Positions 12,527 through 23,280 of a stretch of DNA of 38,966 nucleotides are shown piece by piece (the stretch's first letter is position 1; each line of letters begins with the position of its first letter). Both the position numbers and the translations under genes were made by a program. The notes below the pieces were generated by a model, which ran no database searches, was not told the DNA's origin, and worked only from the letters and a program-made list of their open reading frames with translations. The stretch comes from Fonticula alba ATCC 38817 (lineage: Eukaryota > Protista > Nucleariida): NCBI GenBank assembly GCA_000388065.2, contig KB932204.1; one strand, written 5' to 3'.

Positions 12527-12840
12527 ATGTGTGCATGCACATGCAACTGCCATCGGGGGGCTGGCCGTGTGTTGCCTCTCCCTCCTCCCTCCCCCTGTGG
12601 CGGCAGGGGACCCTGCTGTAGCACATGCGCTCGCGCCCTCCTTTGTTCTCTCTCCCCCTTANNNNNNNNNNNNNNNNNNNNNNNNNNNNNNNNNNNNNNN
12701 NNNNNNATGTGTGCATGCACATGCAACTGCCATCGGGGGGCTGGCCGTGTGTTGCCTCTCCCTCCTCCCTCCCCCTGTGGCGGCAGGGGACCCTGCTGTA
12801 GCACATGCGCTCGCGCCCTCCTTTGTTCTCTCTCCCCCTT
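12527..12840. repeat. 134-bp direct duplication across an N-gap (probable assembly artefact)
   Basis: 12527-12660 matches 12707-12840, separated by 1 nt plus 45 N. Confidence 0.85.
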
Positions 12841-15076
12841 CCCCCCCCCCCCTCCTTTTCTGGTGCTCCCAGCTGCTCCCCTGCCCTTTGCCCGTTTTGT
12901 CGAGGGAAGGCGAGTGGTTGCGAGCATTCCCTCCCCCCCCCCCCCTTCTCTGGGATCTATATACACGCCTATACACATCGCTGGTGTGTTAGTTGCGAGC
13001 GGGAGGGGGTGTGCGTGCATGCGCGTGTGTCTGGCTGTGGATGTGCTGCGGGATGTGGCTTCCACATGCGTATGGGGGTGGGATAGCCGAGGGGCGGCAA
13101 AAAAAAAAAAAAAGGCAAGCGAGTGCCAGGGGGGAATCCGGGCAGATGGGAAGGGCGAATGCGTGTGCGTGGGGCACGTCCGCGTCCCGGGCGGGGGGAG
13201 AAAAAAAACAGCCTCCCTGCATTCCGAGCCGGCACCATGGCGCGCGCGTGGATATCACATGGGCGCGGGTGCGCGGGATATTGCCAACTTTTGATCTTCC
13301 GCTTGGCCCCGGCTGGCGCCCAATGAAGGGGCGGGGGNNNNNNNNNNGGGGGGGGGGGGGGGGGGGAGATAAGCCAGGCGCGGGGGTGCTTCGGGAGACC
13401 CCGGGTCGTGCCTTTATCCGCGGGCCGCCCAGCCCGGGAGCGGGAACCGCGGGACGGGGGCCCGGGGCTCTCGGGGAACTCTCCAAAGACTGGTGGTCTC
13501 GTCAGTCGTGCGGGCGGGGGCGACCTCGGCCCCAAGGGGGGCTGGAGGGCGGCGGCGGCTCGACGACCGTCCGGCGGCGAAAGACGCGCGCGCGCCCGGC
13601 GCCTGCAGGGAGGAAACTCGGCCGGGCGCGCGAACGTGCGCGTGTACGCCCCTGGCGGCGGACAAATTCCTTCGCCGGAGGAATCCGATCGTCGGGCGGG
13701 GGGGGGGGGGGGATGCCCCCAAATCGCGTCTCGGGTTCTGGCACAGGGAAAAGACAGCCTCAGTGGAAGGACCCGGCGCAGGGGCCCGGAGGCCCGGAAC
13801 ATGGGAACATGGAATGCCACAACCAGCTCCAGCCCTTTCCTGCCGCCGCGTATCTGGGGCCCGAGCAGGCGGCCTGTATGCCGCCCAAATCGCGCCGCAC
13901 GTCTGGCGCAGGCCCGGACAACGGCCCAGGGGCGCCGAGCAACCGTGCCCCCGTGCGGGGGGCGGGGGACGGGGGCCGGAACGCGGCGCTGGCCCCTACC
14001 CCGCGTGCTGTTTGTTTTCTTGGCAGTCCAGCCCCTGCCCTACTGTGGCTCGGTGTGCGGGGGGGGGGNNNNNNNNNNNNNNNNNNNNNNNNNNNNNNNN
14101 NNNNNNNNNNNNNNNNNNNNNNNNNNNNNNNNNNNNNNNNNNNNNNNNNNNNNNNNNNNNNNNNNNNNNNNNNNNNNNNNNNNNNNNNNNNNNNNNNNNN
14201 NNNNNNNNNNNNNNNNNNNNNNNNNNNNNNNNNNNNNNNNNNNNNNNNNNNNNNNNNNNNNNNNNNNNNNNNNNNNNNNNNNNNNNNNNNNNNNNNNNNN
14301 NNNNNNNNNNNNNNNNNNNNNNNNNNNNNNNNNNNNNNNNNNNNNNNNNNNNNNNNNNNNNNNCCCCCCCCGGAGACGCTGTTGGGGTCCGATGTCAGGC
14401 CCCGGCACAACGCAAGCATCCCCTGTCCCGACAAAATGCCGGATCGTGTGCACATGCAGGGGCGCACTTGCGCCCCCCGCCGCGCATATGTCCACACACC
14501 GGGGCACCCCGGGGGCAGGTGCTCTCCCGAGCCCGCGCCCAGTGGTCGAGGCCAAAGGTTGACAGGACACCCCCTGGCCCCCGGCCCGGGGCCCCACCGC
14601 CCGGTCCATAGGGAGGTGATGCCTCTCGTAGCGCAGGCACCCGCTTCGCGCCAGCCGCCTCTCCCAAGGGAGTAAACACGCTCGGTCGGAGATGCCTTGG
14701 CGGAGTTCGACCCACCTCACCTGCCCACAGACACACCCCCGCACACACACACACACACACACACACAGGCGCGGTGACTACGGACAGGCATGCGACACGG
14801 TGGCAGGAACTTTTCAGCTTGGCCTGCCCCTGAAGCTGGCCCCCCCCGCTGGTAGCCCCTCACCATGCTGTCTTCCCTCCCCCCCCCTCCTCCTCCCTCA
14901 CGCCTCCTGCCCTGCCTGCGCACGCCCTCCTCTCCCCCTCCTCCTTCCCCTCCTTCCCCCCCTCCCTCGGTTGTTAGTCGCTCGCGCCGCCATTATCACC
15001 ACTCTCGCCCTCGGGCCCGTCCGCCCCACGCCGTCGCGCCCGTCCCTCTTCACCCCGGGCGCGCCCCGAGAGGCCC

Positions 15077-17171
15077 ATGACCGTGACCATGTCGCCGGGC
15101 CGAACCCTGCTGTCCGTCTCGGCCGGGTCCTTCATCGGTTCCCGCAGCGAGAACCAGGATCTCTTTGTCATGCGTCGCATCTCAACGGCCCGCGGCGACT
15201 CGGGCTCCAGCTCCGACCGGACGGGCACCTCGGCCGAGGCCTTCAGCTACATCTCCCAGTGCTCATTAACCCGCATCGACCAGGTGGACCTTTTCCACTC
15301 GGACGGTGGCGAGGGGATCTTTGGTGACATCCTGCTGGTGGCCGTGCTCGATGGCCATGGGATCCAGGGCCGAGCAGCGGCTCGCATTGTTGCCGGTGCG
15401 CCTGACCTCGCACATGCGCCCGGGCCCATCCGCCACCGTGGCGGGCTGCCTCCCGGCGTGCTGCTGCCCTCGTCCCCGCCCCCCCCCCCCCTTCCCGCTT
15501 CCCGCTTCCCTGCCGTGTCCGCCTCCCTCGCCAACTAACTCCCCTCTCCGGCGCATGTGCACCTGGCAGACCAACTGCTTCATTTGCTTGAGCGCGACCC
15601 CCAGTTCACCACCTCTCTGTGTCGGGACCCGGCTCCCCTGGAGACGGTCATCTTTCCCGAGCTGCAGGCCTGGCTGTCGATGCAGCCGGAACTCCCGGCC
15701 CTCGACACGCATGCATGTGGCGCGGCCAACATTGCTGGCTGTGACACTCCCCCGGGGTCATGCCTGCACTTCGATGCCTCCTTCCTGGGGGACCTGCAGC
15801 CCTCGCCGGCGGATCCCAGCAACAAGTCCTCCTCGGCCGAGACTCCGCCACAGGAGCCGTCTCGATCATTGAGTGCCTCGTCCTTCTTTGATCCGTGCCT
15901 CAGTGGCACGACCCTCTCACTGGCGCTCTTTATCCCGACCGATCCGACAAAGTGCGCTCCGGGCTCCTCTCCCACCCGTCCTCCTCTCCCCTCTCTCTCT
16001 TCGTCTCTCTCTCTCTCTCTCCCTCTCCCTCTTCGCCTTCCCCTCTCGCCTGCACTCGGGCCCTATGGTCCGTGGTTTCTCCACGGCCCACTGATGTACG
16101 CCTCCCTCCCATAGCCTGTCCATGGTGTTCGCCCATGTGGGCGACACTTCCTCCATTTTGGGCTCGGTTAAGCGGTCCCCGGCTGTAGCTGGTGCCAGTT
16201 CGGGTACCGAGAAGTGGTTCACGTCGACCCTCACTGAGTATGTACCCCTTGGCATTATTTCTCCTCCTCCTCCTCCTCTTCCTCTTCCTCCCTCCGCTAC
16301 ACTGCTCAACAGTCGGTTGCATGGACGCCGGCCCCTCTCTCCCTGACACTTGTCTGCTTGGTCCACTTCTTCCCATCGGCAGACAACACAACTGGGACAA
16401 TCCGGCCGAGGCTGGCGCCGTGCTCCAGGCTGGCGCTCCGCCGGCGGATTCCTCGCTCCAGACTCGTGGCAATGGGTCGGCCCGCATCGCTCGCTCAACT
16501 TGCCCAGTGACAGGCCAGGAGTATGGTGCGTTGACCGGCATACGCGCACTGCCGCCCGCGCGCCGGCGGACATGGGTCTGACATTGGTGGGCTGATGCTT
16601 GCTCCGTTTTCTGCTCCAACCACCAGGCCCCCTGCGCATTTTCCGCAAAACCGAGAACATCCCAGGACTGGCTATGTCCCGGGCGCTTGGGGATACCGTG
16701 GCTCAGGCGCTTGGTGTCACCGCGCGTCCGACCATCCGCCTCCGGCCGCTGGTGCAGGCCACCAGCCCCGCCGGCGGGGAAGGGACTGACATCCGGGTCG
16801 ACCGCTTTGTCATCCTGGCCACCGATGGCGTGTGGGATGTCGTCACGCCGAAGACCGCCTTCCAGGTGGCTCGGAAGATCTTGCGGAAACGGTCGCCCCC
16901 GGCCGGCTGCTCGGAGCACATTGTCACCAGTTTGCTGAAGGATGTGGTGTGTGCCACACGCTCCGAACGCGACACCCTCGATGCGCAAGGCGCCACCCAG
17001 ATCGAGGGGGAGTTTGACAATGCCACGGCTCTGTGCGTGGTGGTCAGCACCCCGGGGGCCGAGGCGTCCTGCAACGACATCTGCGACAACACCGGCAGTG
17101 GTAGTGTTGCGGACAGCAGCACGGACAGCAGCGCCGACTGCTCGACTCCGGCCACCTCCTCCTCGCTCTAG
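15077..17171 (+). CDS. PP2C/PPM-family Ser/Thr phosphatase, about 503 aa, 5 exons
   Basis: Exons 15077-15395, 15570-15951, 16115-16237, 16383-16525 and 16627-17171 total 1512 nt in frame. PPM motifs occur in order: RSENQD, AVLDGHG, SGTT, AHVGD, QH, GPLRIF..PGLAMSRALGD, ILATDGVWDV, DNAT. The metal-binding Asp residues appear intact. The start codon is the first plausible ATG; an extra upstream exon cannot be excluded. Confidence 0.92.
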
Positions 17172-17357
17172 ATCGCTCCCCGGCCACCGGGCGACTGTGC
17201 GCGCGCGCCATGGGTGACCGTCTTTGCTTTACCCATCTGAAAGAACCTGCGCCCCTCCCCAGTTGATGCGGCTATATCTTTCTCGCCTGTGGGGCGCCTA
17301 TACTCTCCCTTGTCCTTCTTCTTGCTGACCCGTACTTCGCTGTGTCGCGGGCATATT

Positions 17358-17374
17358 TATATATATATATATAT
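17358..17374. repeat. (TA)n tract downstream of the PP2C stop; similar TA-rich tract at 17902-17927 downstream of the septin stop
   Basis: Read directly from sequence; rare AT-rich islands in a GC-rich background. Confidence 0.85.
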
Positions 17375-18023
17375 TATGTGTGTTTATTTGCTTTCGTGCG
17401 CATGCATATCCGTTCCCATTTTTGCACATACGTATACACACACATGCATGCATGCATGCATGTGTGCGTAAAGAGGCCTTTGTAGATGTCCCAGCTCTCC
17501 CGCACAGAGCCTCGCATGTCGGAAGCGCGAGGAGAGTGAAAATACGCCAAAAGGCTGAGACTTCACCAACGTACGACTACGGTGGTATGCGAAGGACAGA
17601 GAGAGCGAGACCAAGAGCGAGAGAGAGAGAGAGAGAGGGCGGGGGAAAGAAAAGGGGAATGGATGGGTGTGCCGGCTGGCGTGCTGTTCTCTGGCAAACG
17701 GTCGTCTTCTGGGGCGGGTATTATATTTGAAAGGCGACACGCGGGCAGGCGCACTCGCACACAGAGGGAGCAGGGGAGGAGGGCGGAAGGGGGGAACTGC
17801 CCCCCAGTGGGACAATCCACAAGCAAGAGGAGTGAAGGAGATCGGTGGAGACATCAAGGGTTACGATGCATGTGCGCATGTATGGAAATACACACGCAGA
17901 CATATATGTATATATATATATGTATATGCGCATGTACGTCCACACATGCAGACACACATGCAGACACATACATACACAACACAACGTGCACACACGGCCG
18001 GCCGGCCGGCCAACTCCTGGCAC

Positions 18024-18416
18024 TTAAGACGGAGTCATGGCGTTGCTGGCGGCAGCCGCCTCACGAGCGCGGTTGCGCTTCTTCTTGGAGATCTTCCGGG
18101 CGCGGTAGTGCTCATAGTGCATCTGCGAGGTGACGTCGATGAGATCCTTCATATTGGAGTGGATGATGAAGCGACGGAACTGGGAGAACTCGCAGTGCTC
18201 CTCATTCTCGATGTCGATGATGCCGAAGGGGGTGATGCGGCCGCGAGTGACCTCGGAGTCCTTGACAATGGTGTCGGTGGCGCCGATGATGGCGAAGGGG
18301 ATCATCTCCTGCGGAAGGGGGAGCCAGGAGAGAAGCAAACAGATGGGGGAGAGTGGCAGCAGAGAATAGGGGTGAGTATATGGCGGAGGGCGGGAGGGAA
18401 AGGGGGAAAGGGGGGG

Positions 18417-18453
<37 letters not shown>

Positions 18454-19978
18454 GGGAGAAGGGCAAGCATAGGAGCACCACTTGTGTGGTGCGTCCTGCC
18501 TCGGACAGCCCAGTGAGGATGGCGCGGAGAAAGGGAGAGAGAGAGAGAGGGAGGGAGGGAGGGAGGGAAACGCACAGCCGCCTCGACATTGACCTGGGTC
18601 TCCTCCTCGTCGTACTGCAGGTCGCTCGAGTTGGGGTAGACGGCGATCTTGTTGGCCTGGATGTCAGCCTTGACGGCGGCCTTGAAGGCAGCGCGCTCGT
18701 TCATGGTGAGGGAATCGGACTTGGCAATGACCGGGATGAGGTTGGCCACGCGACCGATCTCATACATGGCCTTGGCATCGAGGGGGCGCAGGCCGGCAGT
18801 GCCGGGCTGGAGGAAGTAGATCACCAGGTGGACGCGGGTGTCACTGATGTGGCGCGGCCGGTCCGGGCGAGCCTCGATGGTCCGGTAGTCGTCATACTGC
18901 TTCTTGATGTAGGTGACGATCGGCTCCCAGGCATCCTGGTTGTTGATGTGGTCACCGAAGCCCGGAGTATCGATGACGGTCAGCAGCAGGCGAGTGCCCT
19001 GCTCGACAAGCTCTACATGTTGGGTGAGGCCGTGGTGAAGTGGAAGTTGGAGGGAGAGGAGGGGATGGAGTGGGGGAGAGAGAGAGAGAGAAGAAGGAAG
19101 AAGGACACGCGGGGGTCAGTGGGTGTAAGAAAGGAGAAAGCCCGACCGGGGGGCGGGGGGGGGGGGAGCGCAGGGGGAAAGTAAATACGCACGGTGGGTG
19201 ATGCGCTCGATGACAACGGTCTTCTCATCGGCGGCGGACGGAATGCGATCGGACTTGCTCTGGAGCAGCAGGCTGGAGAAGAGGGTGTTGATGAAGGTGC
19301 TCTTACCGATGCCAGAGGGGCCTATGCGAGTGTGTGAGTGTGTGTGTGCAACAATCGGAAAGACACCGGAGGAGAGGGGGTCAGATGGGTGAAGGAGGCG
19401 CGCGCGAGGGGACGGGAAGGAGGGGGAGAGGGAGGAGGAAACAGGCGAGGCCAACGCACCAACAACCATGACGTTGAACTCGAAGCCGTGCTTGATGGCG
19501 CGGCGGTGGACCTGGTCACAGAGCTTGTGGAAACCCACAAAGCCGTTGAGCTGGGTCTGTGTGCGGAGAAGATGGGGAGGGGGGCGAGGATTGGGGGGAG
19601 AGAGAGAGAGAGAGAGACAGGGGGGGGGGTCAGGACCAGGAATATGACCAGGGGACTGGAGCCGCCCGCGCAGATCAGCGCGCCACATGACGGACGGGGG
19701 CGGAGGGGGGCGGAGGAGGGCGGAGGGGGGCGGAGGAGGGCGGAGGAGGGCGGAGGAGGGCGGAGGGGACGCACCATGTGAACGCGGTCAGTGACCTCGG
19801 CCTCGGTGCCGGGAGCGGCGGCCGCGGCGGCGGCGGACTCGGCCGCGGCGTTCGGGTCACCCGAAGAATGGACGGCAACCGGGACGTTCTCGGTCATCTC
19901 AAAGGTGGAAGAGGCAATCGACTCGGTGGCCGAGTCGAAGGTTTGCAGATCAGGCTCGAGGTGGGCGGGGACGGACAT
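18024..19978 (-). CDS. CDC10: Septin, group 1A (Cdc10/SEPT3-SEPT9-like), about 381 aa, 5 exons, no C-terminal coiled coil
   Basis: Minus-strand exons 19978-19775, 19550-19460, 19321-19193, 19012-18576 and 18308-18024 total 1146 nt. Motifs: GFVGF, GFEFNVMVVGPSGIGKST (G1), DTPGFGD (G3), DTRVH..YFLQP, AKSD (G4), PFAIIG, ENEEHCEF. The group assignment rests on GFEFNVMVVG, YFLQP and the short tail; the symbol is less certain than the family. Confidence 0.95.
19691..19768. repeat. 10-bp tandem repeat CGGAGGRGGG (about 7.8 copies) in septin intron 1
   Basis: Full units run 19701-19760 with partial copies either side. On the transcript the array starts directly after the GTGCGT donor. Confidence 0.9.
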
Positions 19979-22900
19979 GACAGAGAGGGAGAGGGTGAGG
20001 GAGGGGGGGGGAGGGGAGGCTCTGTGGTGTCTTTGGAAGGAGGGTAAATCCCGGGGAGTGTGATGAGAGTACGACATAACCCTCCCTTGTCCGGGCCCCT
20101 GTGTTGCCCCCCTCGCCCTGGACCTCGTCTCTGAAAGGGAGGGGCAGCTGGTCGGAGCGCCGGGCAGGGGGAAAGGGGCGCGTCCTTCGCACACCGGCCC
20201 AGGCCCGCCATTCCGGGCGAGCCCCTCCCGTGCGTGTGTACGTATGCGCGTAGGTGCGTATGTGCATGCGCTGCCTATGTATGGGCGCTGGCCCCCGCTC
20301 TGCACCCCGGCCCTCCACGCCCCGGCCCTCGGTGCTTGAGTGCGGGGGCAGGGGCCCATCCTTGCGCCCGCAGGGCGAAATATGTCCCGGGACAATTTTG
20401 GTCCCCCCCCCGGGAAGTCGAACCGGCCAAAAGATAATAGTGCGCCCTCGCCGCCCCGCCCCCCTCCTCGTGCTGGTCCCCAAACAGGGGCAGGCGCGAG
20501 ACCGTGCATCTTGGCCCTTGGGAGTCTGGCGGCGGCGACGGTGAACCGGGCGGGGGCCTCGCCCTGCCCGCGTGCACCGATTGGGGCCCGTACACACGAG
20601 AAGGGCCACCCTTGTTGGGTGCAGTCGTAATACCCCGGCGAGTTTGGGTGCAAAATGCGCACAGAGTGGGCGAGCGAGAGTACACACGTACCCGCCTTTG
20701 TCTGGGCGGGTGGCGTCCCCCCCCCCCCCCGGAAGACAATATAGCCCGGCCGGGCGCGGCGTCAACCAGGGGCAGGACTGCCGGGAGACCGGGGCAGCCG
20801 AGACGCCCCCCAGCCTCGGAGGGGATGGCTCCGGCCATCGGGCACCCAGCGCTGCGCCCTCCTCCCCCCGCGCATCGGCGAGGGGCTGATCTTGGGGGAC
20901 CCGGGGGGCCGTGTGTGTATATGTGTGGGCGTGTGTGCACAGGGGCGCGCACGCGCGCTCGCATTCCGCCCACCGGTGAACGCCCCCCCCCCCCCCCCGC
21001 CCGGCCAGCGCGTAGAGTGCTGGGCAACCCCGTAGGCCATGGGTGTCATTAAGCGCCAGAAATGCCGGAAACACACACACACACCGGGCAAACGGCGCAA
21101 TGGGCAGGGAGCCGAGGGGGGGCCCTTTCCCGGAGCTGGAGCGCCCTGCCCGCTCGACGCCCCGGCGGCTTGCCCGCTGCACCGTCTCCGGGACACAGGG
21201 CTGGGAGTGGGGCAAAAAAAGGGGCAGGTCTTTGAGCCCCATGCCCTTGGGCTTTTTCCGGCGGCGGGCGGGACCCCGCCGTGAGGCAACGCGCCGCGCC
21301 TGCCCAACAAGCGGCGGCATGCCTCACACCGCTCCCCGAGGCCCTGGGGACCCGCAGCGGGGAGCCCTGTGCGGCGGCCATGCAGCGCGGGCCCCTCGCC
21401 AGAGCGGGAGAGGGATCCAACGGCGCACAGGGGGGGCAGCATCAAGGACACGGTTATCCTCGAGGCTCACATTCCGCCACCGGCTCAGCCTCCGCCCCCC
21501 TTTTTTTCGGAGAGGCACCCAGGCAACCGCGCGCGCGCCCACGGTTCCCTGTGTCCCGACCAGCCTCGGGAGGGGACCCAGGACAGCGGGAGAGAATGGA
21601 AACCAGCATAGGGTGCTGCCCCTGGGAAGGGGAGGGGGACAGGGGAGACAGAGTCGGGCCAACAAGACGGAACGTTGAAACCGTGGGGCACACCCCCGAG
21701 GGACGTTGCGGGATGCGTGAGGCGTGCGTTGGAAAAACTCGCCCCCGCGTAGGCTCAGGTTAGGGGAGGGACTGGCGGGGAGGCCACTTCCACCCCCCGA
21801 AAGGTGGCCGGCGCGTGCGCCTCCCCCCAACACAAGCCCGGGAGGTACATACACCTGGGGGCGCTTTTCCCTTGTCCCCGCCGCCGGGCGGCCCCCGCTC
21901 CTCCCCTTGCTCATCAGGGGCGATGCATTCTCGCCAGCGCACCTCGCCCAACCCTTGGCCTGCCCCCTTCCCGCCCCAGCCCCTCCCCCGCCCCCTCTAC
22001 ACCAACCAGCCTGGTCCGCTAACAGGGCTGTTTACCTGGAGGGCCGCCTTTTTTTCCCCGGTCGACCCAGCGCTCTCCTGGCGGTGGTCTCCGGAACGTC
22101 CCCACCGGCCAAGAGCCAGGGCGAGACAGAGGGCGAGGGAGGGGGGGGGAGAGAGAGGGACCCGGGAGAGGGGGCGAATACGGTTGATCCAGGCCGGCGC
22201 GCTTATGGCCTCCAAGCGGCCAGACGGCGCGCCGACACACCGGGGAAAGCCCAGAAATGCGGCCGGTCCTCGCACCCCCCGGCGCTGGGCCTGTGCGTGC
22301 GCTCGCGCGCGGGTCTCGACCCGGGGTGCGTTTTGTCATGTGACTTTTGCCCTGGTGGCGTGCACCATTGTTGATCATGTTGGTGTGTCAGCCGGAGGGC
22401 GTGGGACCCTCCCGGCGGCGTTCACCCCCATCCCTCGCGTCAAGCACCCCCTGCAGGGGAGAGCCGTGCGCAGAGAGCGGCCTGCTGCGGCCTGGAGAAG
22501 GCGCCCCATACACGCGGCAAGCGTGCACAACTCGGTGATCCACCTCCCCCTGGATGGCAACGCGAAGCCATGGCGATCCTCCCGCCCCACGTCCCTCTCC
22601 CACAGAGAGGGAAACGACAGGGGACCGTGGGGGAGGGACGATATGGCGGGCGCGGCCTCGATTTGCGGAGCGCCGCTGCCTCCCCTCGTCGCTCCCGGCC
22701 GCGTGATGACCTCCCCGCCCTCTGCCTCCTCCCCCCGAGTCAGCGCCCACGCTCCTCTCGGGGGAAGGGCGCGCAGAGAGCGAAGCAACACACGCGCATG
22801 CGCGAGGCGGCCCCCAGGGCCGGCGCGGCAACTCGGACTCTCTCTCTCTCGGGCGCCGCCCCATCCCCTCTCCCACATGCAAAAGGCGAAAAAGCGCAAG

Positions 22901-23280
22901 AAGAGGCAAGCACAACGCGCATGCGCACAGCCGACACTCACACAGAGACAGATACACAATGACGACAAAAGACAGAGAAAGGGGCTACATTCCATTCAAC
23001 GACACACACGGACCAGGGCACCACACAGAGGGGAGATGCCGTGAGGGGGAGGAGGGGGGAGAGAAGGCGCGCGTGCACACATGCACACGGTGCGCTGCTG
23101 CTGCTGCGCGAATCACACACACACACACACACACTCGCACGGACCCGCCCCGCCGTGAGGGGGACTCCGGCACCGCGCGCGCGGCAACGACAACAACCGA
23201 CGGGGCGGAGCACTGCCGGCGGCAGCAGGAACACTGCCACCACCACCAGGCGTCCCTCATCGCGGGGGTGGCGTCGCCAT

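Noticed and set aside
12065-12840. Apparent tandem duplications in the ACC1 3' region
   Set aside because: Each pair is an exact copy straddling a short N-gap, typical of unmerged contig overlaps.
14620-14716. tRNA-like A box (TAGCGCAG) and B box (GTTCGACCC)
   Set aside because: No T-stem or acceptor-stem pairing, so no cloverleaf.
20060-20134. C/D snoRNA-like GTGATGA...CTGA spacing
   Set aside because: No terminal stem, no recognisable rRNA guide, and it is antisense to the septin 5' region rather than intronic.
22335-22344. GTCATGTGAC, a CLEAR/M-box-like motif
   Set aside because: Single imperfect site more than 2 kb from any start codon; not distinguishable from chance.
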